A stretch of DNA of 64,000 nucleotides from an uncultured Thermoprotei archaeon (GTDB lineage: Archaea > Thermoproteota > Thermoprotei > Thermofilales > B15-G2): positions 21,085 through 85,084 of the forward strand of contig CBDUKN010000009.1 in assembly GCA_965367815.1 (NCBI GenBank). The letters run 5' to 3'. This document shows positions 30,892-39,231 of this stretch, piece by piece (position 1 is the stretch's first letter; every line of letters starts with the position of its first letter). The translations under genes were made by a program, and so were the position numbers. Under the pieces are notes generated by a model that saw only the letters and a list, made by a program, of their open reading frames with translations, ran no database searches and had not been told where the DNA came from.

Positions 30892-31371
30892 GTGCTCCTG
30901 CTAGTGCTCGACGTCTCTAAGGGCCCAGGCGGCACTGTTTTCGCAGTCATAGTCGTCGAGGAAGGAAGCTATAGAAAACTAAGGTCAATAATCAGTAGCT
31001 GGATCAAACACTATAAGGACTTGCCCAGTAGACGAAGAAGAAAATATTTGCTTGTTTTTGAAAGAAAATTTAATAAAATTAAAGACATGTTGTATTGCTA
31101 TGGATGTTTTACTAGATTTGATAGTGTTTTAAGGATTATTGATTTATTTGCTGGTAAGTCAAAGTTAATTATTGTCGACGATAAGTTTTACACGCTTATC
31201 AAAAGCAAATATGGCGGTAAAGTCGTGGCAGAGGGGAAAGCAAAGCCCTATTATTCAGCATTTATTTTACTCGCCGATAATTTAGCTAACTTAGTGAGAA
31301 TTAAACTAAGTAAAGCGAAGTCTACTCTAAACAAATATAAGATACTCGAAGAATACAGGAAGAAGAAATGA
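30892..31371 (+). CDS. DUF3800-like (RNase H-fold) putative nuclease
   Basis: N-term LVLDVS..G..VFAVIVV, HYKDL, LIIVDD, C-term ILLADNLANLVR resemble the DUF3800 DESG / H / IQLAD pattern. Confidence 0.55.
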   Translation: MLLLVLDVSKGPGGTVFAVIVVEEGSYRKLRSIISSWIKHYKDLPSRRRRKYLLVFERKFNKIKDMLYCYGCFTRFDSVLRIIDLFAGKSKLIIVDDKFYTLIKSKYGGKVVAEGKAKPYYSAFILLADNLANLVRIKLSKAKSTLNKYKILEEYRKKK

Positions 31372-31473
31372 CCCCTCACTCAGCGGGCCCATCGGACCCC
31401 CAGCTCATCTACACATCGCCAGGGTCGCCTCCGCCCGCATCATGCCCCGGGGCCCATCGGGCACAAAGCCCTC
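31367..31473 (-). ncRNA. Candidate structured RNA convergent with the DUF3800-like gene
   Basis: GC-rich ~105 nt; stems GGGC/GCCC, GCGGGC/GCCCGC, GACCC/GGGTC; 11-nt direct repeat GGGCCCATCGG (31385, 31450); TTTTTATA box at 31497-31504 on minus strand; T-rich end. Confidence 0.6.
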
Positions 31474-31706
31474 AAACACTATCTCGCCGCAAACGATATA
31501 AAAATTACGTTTTAAGCAAAAAGTATTGTTTCTCACGAAGCCTCTCCTTTATCTTTAATTGTTTGCTAGCCGTCAGCACACATGCAGCATATGAGGCTAT
31601 TTTCTTACTGCGGGAACGTCCGCTCTTGTGCCAGGTTTTCGCTTATGTTCGGGTTTATAAGTCTCAGCTGAAGCCGCTGTGAGGAAAGTAGACGGCGGGT
31701 GAGACT

Positions 31707-31976
31707 TTGAGGTGTTTCCGCCTAGACAGGCCCTGCGCCTTTAGAGACCAGAAAGGCTTCTGCCAGTTCAGCTCTCAGGTGATCACCGAGGACTGTCCTG
31801 AAGACTGCCCATATCTCTGGAGACAGTTCTTCGGGAAGAAAAGTAGCAGCAGACTGCACAGTTCTCTGCGTATACGAGCTCCCAGACGAGTGCCCGAAGA
31901 AACGCCGCCTCCTAGAAAAGGCTCTGAGAAAATGAAAAATACCCTTTTATTCAAAGTTTTCAGTATTTTGCTATAA
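31707..31976 (+). CDS. Small Cys-rich hypothetical protein
   Basis: Five Cys in the first 34 aa; GGTGA SD-like and TTTATAA upstream; C-terminal half low-quality. Confidence 0.4.
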   Translation: MRCFRLDRPCAFRDQKGFCQFSSQVITEDCPEDCPYLWRQFFGKKSSSRLHSSLRIRAPRRVPEETPPPRKGSEKMKNTLLFKVFSILL

Positions 31977-32027
31977 ATCTCTATATTCTTGACTAAAGTA
32001 TTATACTAACTTTTACTCTTATTCCTT

Positions 32028-32912
32028 TTAAATATCTCTGATGATCTTTTGCAATACTCTGCATGTAAGATCCCGCGTCTGAATTAGTTCGTCTAACACT
32101 TCGGCTTTAGAATCCAAATTTTTCATCATGCCGAGAAGAATACGTTTAACTCTCAACCCATGTGCCCCTATTACGGATCTACGCTTATAAATTCTCTTGA
32201 TTAGCTCTTTATCCTGTGTCGAGAGCTCGAAGCCGTGCTTAGTAAGGACATTAATTATGCTCCCAGCAGAATCTACCTTAAGTTTAGAAATATTATTTCC
32301 CCTAACGTAAGCATAAATATAGCTTAGTGACTCCAAGATTCTGCACAACTGAACTAGCTTTTCTTCCATTGATAAAATTTCGTGCTCACGGGCTAAATCA
32401 GCGAGAACAATCTTTAAGACTTCTATTAGCCTCTTATCGCTCAGCTTTGACAGTTTATTAAGCTTTTTAAAGGACTCCTTCACGCAGTTCCATGACTTCG
32501 TCCTCTTCTTCCCCGCTGGAAGGAAAAACAGCGTATACTCTGAATTCACTATAGTGCCTGAAGGTTTTAGTGAGCCAGTGTCACCTAAGGGATTCAGCCC
32601 AGAGCTCATGCGGGTTACCATCCTTAATGCTGTGGACGAGTCTGGCCATATAGCATCCACGTGATATACTGCATTGATAATGACCATATCTGGGTCATAT
32701 ACCTTTAATAGTCCTACAGCTTTTCGGAGTTTTTTCAGAGCTTCACTATGAAGTATACAATGTGCTTCGTATATACTCCACCTTCTCGGATCCGGCTGTA
32801 AATCAACAGCAAAAACCGTCTCTATACATAAATCTTCAAGTGGAGATAACAAAGCTACATCCGAAATCGTCGATGAAGCTGGTGTGTGACCATTAGTCGC
32901 CAATATGGCCAT
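32028..32912 (-). CDS. HEPN-domain protein (ApeA/MAE_28990-like), possibly 5'-frameshifted
   Basis: C-terminal helical domain with L..ILESL and IYKRRSVIGAHG (Rx4-6H); a 42-codon ORF (32855..32983) in another frame may be the true N-terminus. Confidence 0.65.
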   Translation of the reverse strand: MAILATNGHTPASSTISDVALLSPLEDLCIETVFAVDLQPDPRRWSIYEAHCILHSEALKKLRKAVGLLKVYDPDMVIINAVYHVDAIWPDSSTALRMVTRMSSGLNPLGDTGSLKPSGTIVNSEYTLFFLPAGKKRTKSWNCVKESFKKLNKLSKLSDKRLIEVLKIVLADLAREHEILSMEEKLVQLCRILESLSYIYAYVRGNNISKLKVDSAGSIINVLTKHGFELSTQDKELIKRIYKRRSVIGAHGLRVKRILLGMMKNLDSKAEVLDELIQTRDLTCRVLQKIIRDI

Positions 32913-32993
32913 AGCGATAGTTCTTGAAGAATCTCTTCCTTAAAGCCTGAACTATTTAATTTAATGCAGACAAAGTGTATCATCAGTATTCTT

Positions 32994-34589
32994 TTATTCT
33001 TCTATAGGAAATCTCATAGGAATACCTTGTTTCTTAGATAATTCACGTGCAACAGTTTTTCTTTCATCATCATTAGTGAGTGTAGGTAGGAGTAGTAGCA
33101 TTTTCAATTCTTCGGTATCGGGTTTGAAGTCTAACAATAGGTATTTGCGGCTAATTGATCTTAGATGCTCCTCTACTTCTTCTTTCATTAGAGCCGGTGT
33201 TCCCGCTAGAACTACCAATACGTTCTCTCCTATTATCTCACTTAGTTTCTCTTTTAGCTGATCTTTAGTTAAAGGCTCATTGCTTGCAAGTATTTTAACA
33301 GAATATATACCATCTTCAATATTGACAATAAGTTCTTCGCTTCCTGATAGCGATAGTTCATAAGCAGGTTCTAGTCCTAATAGATTCAAGAACTCAAATA
33401 CCGCTTCTTCTGTTTTTCTGTAAAACTCTTCACTTGACAATTTACTTATATCAATAGGTTTAGAGAGAACTCTTCTTCTAATTACTTCTAGGGGCGCCTT
33501 GCTTTCATACCATTTTATTATCTCATTAGTTACTATCTGCACTACTTCTCCTCTACGCCCTCCTGTTTCCTCATATATCTTCTGATACCATTCTTCTGGA
33601 AAAATAGGTATTATATCAGTTTTATATACTATTGAAGCTACTTTAGATATTTTTTCTACTAACTTTTTAATATCTTCTATTGTAAAATCTTTGATAGCCA
33701 GCTCAAACAGCTTGAATCTATTTAAACTATCATACTCTACTAGGATATCATTTAGTCTCTTTTTCTCGCATGCTAGAACTAGAAGAAGGCTTGGTATATC
33801 TCTTTCATAAAGCGACATAAGTAGTGAAAGGAATCGCTGTCTTTTAGAAAAGTCCTCTATTCCTAGTACTTCTAGCTCGTCTATTAATAATATGGATATT
33901 CCTGCCTGACTCAAAGTTTTTAGCATAAAAGCTAACTGCGCTAGAGCGTCATGTTCAGAGAGATTAGGAAGAATTATCGTATGTAGATACTCTTTCTTCT
34001 CGAACAGTTTTTTAAGTCGATCCTCGGCGTCAACATCTCCTTTAGCAGCTTTAATCAAGAGCTTGGATATTTCTTTGCCGAAAATTCTACTCATGCTTTT
34101 CAGAGTTCTTTCTTCGAAGTTTTCTGGACTTATAGTAGATTCGATTTTCATTATCTGTGATGCTAGTCCTATCCAAGGAGCCGGGCCTCCCTCTATTATA
34201 ATACCTTTAATAATGTTTATCCACGAAATGCCCTGTTCTCTCAGCGAAATATATGGACAAAGAGCCACTCTAACTTTATCAAAAGGCGGCACTTTTTCTT
34301 CAGCATATTCTTTAATAAGCTGCAAGGCGAAAGTTTTTCCTCCTCTAAAGGGAGCTGTTATTACCACTACTTCAGGTCTTCCAGACTCTTTTACACAGTC
34401 TACTTTTTCTGATATAGCCTCGATAATGTCGTCAACTGCTACAGCTATTGTTGAAGGAGAAGGAGGCACAACACCATTTTTACAATGGTTTAGTATTTTT
34501 GCTGCATCTATCTTTTCGGCCATTTTCTGCTCGAATGCCACTTTTATCTGAGAAATTTTCTGCAGAATTTTTACAATATCTCTAGACAA
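32994..34589 (-). CDS. P-loop ATPase, BrxD/DUF2791-like, with possible degenerate restriction-endonuclease-fold C-terminus
   Basis: Walker A APFRGGKT, large helical insert, Walker B ILLIDELE, SLNRF, GGRRG sensor region; C-term EEAVFEFLNLLG alpha/beta domain. Confidence 0.65.
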   Translation of the reverse strand: MSRDIVKILQKISQIKVAFEQKMAEKIDAAKILNHCKNGVVPPSPSTIAVAVDDIIEAISEKVDCVKESGRPEVVVITAPFRGGKTFALQLIKEYAEEKVPPFDKVRVALCPYISLREQGISWINIIKGIIIEGGPAPWIGLASQIMKIESTISPENFEERTLKSMSRIFGKEISKLLIKAAKGDVDAEDRLKKLFEKKEYLHTIILPNLSEHDALAQLAFMLKTLSQAGISILLIDELEVLGIEDFSKRQRFLSLLMSLYERDIPSLLLVLACEKKRLNDILVEYDSLNRFKLFELAIKDFTIEDIKKLVEKISKVASIVYKTDIIPIFPEEWYQKIYEETGGRRGEVVQIVTNEIIKWYESKAPLEVIRRRVLSKPIDISKLSSEEFYRKTEEAVFEFLNLLGLEPAYELSLSGSEELIVNIEDGIYSVKILASNEPLTKDQLKEKLSEIIGENVLVVLAGTPALMKEEVEEHLRSISRKYLLLDFKPDTEELKMLLLLPTLTNDDERKTVARELSKKQGIPMRFPIEE

Positions 34590-35107
34590 ACTACATCACC
34601 TCTAGCTCTATACACTCGAATACGAGGATCTATTTTTCTTAATTCAAACAAGGCAATTTTAAATCTCAAGGGGTCTATTTTGATGCCCATTTCTTCTTCA
34701 ACTAGAGTTCTTAGAATATTATCCTCTGCTACACTATAGCCTGCAGCTTTAAGCTTCTCGTATGACTTCAAAACAGCCTCGTGTAGCTTATTTAAATCTA
34801 TTTTTTCTGCGTAAATCAATCTCTTTTCTAGACGCTCAAGCTTCAAATTAATGTCTCTAAATAGCTCCCTCACAGAATCTTCCACTATTTTATAAGTCAA
34901 GTATACTTTATAACCTCTACCAACTCTAATTTCCATTATATATCCTTTTTCCTTGAGACTCTCGTAAGCTTTAGCGTACTCCTCTCCTAAATTGGTTATC
35001 TTTGACTTACTTATTCCGCTAAAATAGTGTTTCTTCAGAAGCTCTAACAACTTTCTTTCATAAACTGACAACTCCTCCATAGCCTGTTCACTTGTACTCC
35101 TTTTCAA
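34571..35107 (-). CDS. wHTH - coiled coil - probable wHTH protein
   Basis: LSVYERKLLELLK...SLKEKGYI....GRGYKVYLT, then INLKLERLEKRL, then a second helix-rich domain. Confidence 0.7.
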   Translation of the reverse strand: MKRSTSEQAMEELSVYERKLLELLKKHYFSGISKSKITNLGEEYAKAYESLKEKGYIMEIRVGRGYKVYLTYKIVEDSVRELFRDINLKLERLEKRLIYAEKIDLNKLHEAVLKSYEKLKAAGYSVAEDNILRTLVEEEMGIKIDPLRFKIALFELRKIDPRIRVYRARGDVVCLEIL

Positions 35108-35411
35108 CTACTATCAATAATGTACGTGTTTTTAGGACCGCTTTTACTTGTTTACGCTTTAATTCAAAAGGCAAAATAAATTCTTTATAAAAATCTCTCC
35201 CCTCAATATCAGTAGCGGTTACATGTATGCGATTTCCGTGGACTTTGACCTTAACATCCTCTTTTCTCACAGGAGGCAACTCTATAATAATTTTAACACA
35301 CTTCCCGTCATCGTAAATCTCGCTGTAGGGCTCCTCTATTAACCAGTAACCACTTCTTCGTACTCCAAAGTCATCAAACCAGTCATAATCCTCCTCGAAC
35401 CCTGAACTCAC
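35088..35411 (-). CDS. Small heat-shock (Hsp20/alpha-crystallin) domain protein
   Basis: EPYSEIYD...KIIIELPPVRKEDVKVKV...FYKEFILP...KA.L....L.I..EK. Confidence 0.8.
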   Translation of the reverse strand: MSSGFEEDYDWFDDFGVRRSGYWLIEEPYSEIYDDGKCVKIIIELPPVRKEDVKVKVHGNRIHVTATDIEGRDFYKEFILPFELKRKQVKAVLKTRTLLIVVEKEYK

Positions 35412-35570
35412 GATAAAACTATTGCGCAGTCTCTTAGAAAAACATTTCCTCTAATGTCTGCACCTAATTAGGCCCACATATTAGCAGTATATTTATTTTG
35501 AAAATCTCCCGATATTCGCTTCAAATACTTCGCAGACATCATTATTTAAATACTTAACGAAAAGAATACG

Positions 35571-35924
35571 ATGTCTTACTTTGTTGCAGACTCCTCGGGA
35601 CTTGAATGCATCTACAGAATCATCAAAAAGAATAAAACTCCTTTAGCTAGATACAATATAATTCATGTCTCTTCTGAGACCGCTTCTTCCTCAAGAATCA
35701 GCGGCAAATTCGCCAAAAAGCACCTAGTAGTGCATAAAGTACCAGCACTTAAAATAATGAAAACTATGAACTTACTCAAAGTGAGCTATGAAACAGCCTC
35801 GGCCCTATCATTAGCTAAAAGACTAAATGCAATATATCTAACTGCAAGCAAAGAAGCATACATTAAAGCCCGTAAATATGGACTAAAAGCTCTTTTAGTT
35901 GAGTATTCACTAAATACTGTTTAG
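35571..35924 (+). CDS. Degenerate PIN-domain-like protein
   Basis: FVADSS N-terminus; SALSLAKRLNAIYLTASKEAYIKARKYGLK matches the PIN C-terminus but with LTAS instead of LTxD. Confidence 0.55.
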   Translation: MSYFVADSSGLECIYRIIKKNKTPLARYNIIHVSSETASSSRISGKFAKKHLVVHKVPALKIMKTMNLLKVSYETASALSLAKRLNAIYLTASKEAYIKARKYGLKALLVEYSLNTV

Positions 35925-35975
35925 CTCCTTGAGAACAAAATATTAATTTCCTGAGACTAAAATGTATGCTTAGCA

Positions 35976-36746
35976 ATGAGCGAAGACGTAATTAAGGAAG
36001 GCGACCACATTCTGCTTTATTACAATAGAAGGAAAAAATTCTTAGTTAAAGTAATTGCTGACAAAAAAATTCATACACATAAGGGCATAGTAAACTGTAG
36101 CGACATAATAGGCAAAAAATACGGCGAAATCATTAAAACACATGTAGGCGAAGAATTCATTTTATCGAAACCTATCTTTCCAGATTATTTAGCTAAGTTC
36201 AAAAGAGCTACTCAAGTAATACATCCTAAGGACCTGTCTCTTATTGTATTTTTAAGCGGAATAGGACCTGGATCTATCGTAGTCGAAGCAGGAACAGGAT
36301 CGGGATTCCTTACAGCAACGCTAGCCTACTATGTAAGACCGGAAGGAAAAGTTTACAGCTACGAAGTAAGGAGAGACTTTCTCGAAGTAGCTAAGAGAAA
36401 CTTAAAGCTATGCGGCCTCTTAGACTACGTCATCTTAAAACATAAGAATATAGCAGAAGGAATAGACGAGAAAAATGTAGATGCAGTAATACTAGATATG
36501 CCCAATCCTTGGGACGTAGTAGCCCATGCCAAAAGTGCGCTTAGACACGGTGGCGTCTTCGCTTCATTTTCACCAACTATAAATCAAGTTGAAAAAGTTG
36601 TTGAAACTTTACGTGAAGAAAACTTTATGGAAATAACTTCGCTAGAGGTCTTTCTAAGGAAAATAAAGGTCGAGAAAGGAGAGACTAGGCCAGAAACCTT
36701 TATGATAGCTCACACAGGCTATCTTGTTTTCGCAAGAAAACCTTAA
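35976..36746 (+). CDS. trmI: tRNA (adenine-N1)-methyltransferase (m1A57/58)
   Basis: HTHKG, TQVIHPKD, VEAGTGSG, LDMPNPW, FSPTINQV, HTGYL. Confidence 0.95.
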   Translation: MSEDVIKEGDHILLYYNRRKKFLVKVIADKKIHTHKGIVNCSDIIGKKYGEIIKTHVGEEFILSKPIFPDYLAKFKRATQVIHPKDLSLIVFLSGIGPGSIVVEAGTGSGFLTATLAYYVRPEGKVYSYEVRRDFLEVAKRNLKLCGLLDYVILKHKNIAEGIDEKNVDAVILDMPNPWDVVAHAKSALRHGGVFASFSPTINQVEKVVETLREENFMEITSLEVFLRKIKVEKGETRPETFMIAHTGYLVFARKP

Positions 36747-36747
36747 G

Positions 36748-38700
36748 CTACATTCTTGCAATAGGCTTTATTCCAATGATATTGAGCGTATTGCGCATTA
36801 TTATTGCAGTGGATGCTACTAGAACAAGCCTGGCTTTCTTCAATTCTTCATTTTCCGCAGACAGCACAGGATAGTTGTCATAGAACAGATTAAACTGTTT
36901 AGCAAGATCATTTGCGTAATCAACTATATAGTCTGGCCTAAGGTCATCTGCAGCTTTAGCTACAATAGCAGGGAATTTTCCAAGATGCTTAATCAACTGT
37001 CTTTCTTCTTTTGAAGATAGTAGAGAGAAATCGGCATCTAGAAACAGTGCCTTTTCACCTAGACCACTTTTCGCTATAATATTATGCGCTCTTACGTAAG
37101 CGTACTGCAGAAACGGCCCGCTATTCTGAGAGAAATCTAAAACTCTTTTCCAGTCAAAAGATATAGTCTTAGTTGGAGAAACACACAGCATAGCATACTT
37201 TAAAGCTCCCACACCCACCGCTTCTGCAATAGCCTCTTTTTCTTCCTCAGGTAAAGCTCTAGACCTCTTCTCTATTTCTGCTCTAGCTCTAGTTACTGCT
37301 TCATCCAACAGCTCATCTATAGTAATTATCTCTCCTCTTCTACTAGACATTCTTCTGGCTCCTGCTAGTTTTACGTGCTCATACGCATAGTGTACCAGAT
37401 TTATTGCCTCCTCTTTATAGCCTAAAACACATAGTGCTACCTTAAGATGAAGTTGCGCAAGTTTCTGTTCAACACCAATGACATTTATAACTCTTCTTGC
37501 TTTTTCAAACTTCATGATAGTATAGGCAATGTCTCTGGTAGTATACAGAGTAGAACCATCAGACCTTACAAGAACCATAGATGGTATTTCGTATCTAGGC
37601 GATAATCCCAGTAAGCTCTTAAGTTCAAGCAATTCAGCAGCTCTATTGGCGTCGAATACAAGAGCACCCTCTTTTCTGAAAACAAAACCAGAAGACCTCA
37701 ATCCCTCTATTACTCTATCTACGAGCCCGCTCCACACAACATTACTCTCCCAGTCCCAAGAATCAAAAAATATACCTAGCCTGCTTAAAGTTTCTTTGAA
37801 TCCCTCCAAACACAATTTTACGGTTTTTCTTACAATATCTACTACATCAGGGTCCTTCTGTTCATAGAGTCTATTTATCATAGATACCTTTTCTTCCGGA
37901 TCTGAGTCAGAGGATATAGAAGTGAGAAGCTTTCTAAATACTTCAGGGTTTCTTTCTTCAAGTTTTGAAAGAATACCTAAAGTCTCATCCAGCTCCGACA
38001 ACTTCTGCTTGTATTCATCGAACAGCCCCTCACTTTTAAGTCTCTCAATCTCCTTCTTAAGCGAAATAGTTTCAACAATATTATACGTACACGCATAAAT
38101 GTACCCTATAAAATGATCAGGCTTTGTAGGTGGACCCGGCATACCTAGCTTACTGTAACCGTAAGCAGCGTAAGCAACCTGAAGCCCTACATCATCAATA
38201 TAGAAGTGTCTTGACACTCTGTGTCCTCTTAGCTCTAGTATTCTGGCAAGAGAATCTCCTAAACAACAGTTTCTGAGATGCCCTATATGAAGAGGATGTA
38301 TGGGATTTGCACTCGTATGCTCAACAATAATACTGGTCGGAGACTCAACAGGATTAAAACCATATTTAGCCCCGAGCTCCTTAATAGAGGAAAAAACTAC
38401 TTTAGCCAATTCAGCAGAACTTAAAGTAAAATTCACATAACCTCCAGCACACTCAATTTTATCGAGAAAAGATAGCCCCTGTCCACTAAACTTACTTTTA
38501 ATTCTCTTTGCTACAGCGTCAGGTCTCTCACCAACTCTTTTAGCTATACTAAAGCACTTAAAGGAAAAATCACCAAACTTTTTCTCCTCTTCTACAACAA
38601 CATCAACGTCTAGACCGTACTCTTCACGTATAATTCTCTTTACTTCTTTCTCAATAACACTCACAATAAACTCTACAGGACTGTAAATCATTCCACACAT
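36748..38700 (-). CDS. argS: Arginyl-tRNA synthetase
   Basis: EHTSANPIHPLHIGHLRN (HIGH), RSDG.TLYTTRD, MSSRRG, LQYAYVR. Confidence 0.97.
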   Translation of the reverse strand: MCGMIYSPVEFIVSVIEKEVKRIIREEYGLDVDVVVEEEKKFGDFSFKCFSIAKRVGERPDAVAKRIKSKFSGQGLSFLDKIECAGGYVNFTLSSAELAKVVFSSIKELGAKYGFNPVESPTSIIVEHTSANPIHPLHIGHLRNCCLGDSLARILELRGHRVSRHFYIDDVGLQVAYAAYGYSKLGMPGPPTKPDHFIGYIYACTYNIVETISLKKEIERLKSEGLFDEYKQKLSELDETLGILSKLEERNPEVFRKLLTSISSDSDPEEKVSMINRLYEQKDPDVVDIVRKTVKLCLEGFKETLSRLGIFFDSWDWESNVVWSGLVDRVIEGLRSSGFVFRKEGALVFDANRAAELLELKSLLGLSPRYEIPSMVLVRSDGSTLYTTRDIAYTIMKFEKARRVINVIGVEQKLAQLHLKVALCVLGYKEEAINLVHYAYEHVKLAGARRMSSRRGEIITIDELLDEAVTRARAEIEKRSRALPEEEKEAIAEAVGVGALKYAMLCVSPTKTISFDWKRVLDFSQNSGPFLQYAYVRAHNIIAKSGLGEKALFLDADFSLLSSKEERQLIKHLGKFPAIVAKAADDLRPDYIVDYANDLAKQFNLFYDNYPVLSAENEELKKARLVLVASTAIIMRNTLNIIGIKPIARM

Positions 38701-38776
38701 ATCATTAAAGTCACCTTTATAAAACCTACCTCTAACACCCGAATAAGATTTAAATGAGAGTTACAATAATCTAAAA

Positions 38777-38854
38777 GGGCCCGTAGCTCAGCCAGGAAAG
38801 AGCGGCGGCCTGCGGAGCCGTAGGCCCCGGGTTCAAGTCCCGGCGGGCCCGCCA
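38777..38854 (+). tRNA. tRNA-Arg(GCG), CCA encoded
   Basis: GCGGC-CT GCG GA-GCCGT; GGGCCCG/CGGGCCC. Confidence 0.96.
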
Positions 38855-39117
38855 TTAAGAAAAAGAGAATAATTTTCAAGCAATTTTATTTAGTGATGAA
38901 TCAGAGAACACCACAACAAGTATTCCTTGATCACTTAGAAAAACTTCTACAAAGTACTTTTAAACTAAAGTTAAGTCTATAATTAAACAATAAACACTGC
39001 AATATCATATCAGACTCCACATAATAGCATACTAGGAAATATAACTTCACTTCGCAGCCGCAAAATCACCTTGAACAAAATAGCAGTAACATAGTGGCGA
39101 GAATTCGCTGAAGGAAG

Positions 39118-39191
39118 TGGGGCCGCCGGGATTTGAACCCGGGACCACCAGGGCCCAAGCCTGGCATCCTACCAAGCTAGACTACGGCCCC
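39118..39191 (-). tRNA. tRNA-Pro(TGG)
   Basis: CCAGG-CT TGG GC-CCTGG; GGGGCCG/CGGCCCC. Confidence 0.96.
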
Positions 39192-39231
39192 GATTACTCG
39201 GTGCTAGACAGATAAATAAACTTTACTAGTT

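Noticed and set aside
31368-31682. 104-aa ORF after the DUF3800-like gene
   Set aside because: Pro/Ser-rich product arises from the GC-rich structured segment; better explained as ncRNA plus promoter
38777-38854. tRNA-Arg(GCG) as attR of the element at tRNA-Arg(TCT)
   Set aside because: It is a complete, distinct tRNA, and core genes (trmI, argS) lie between the two
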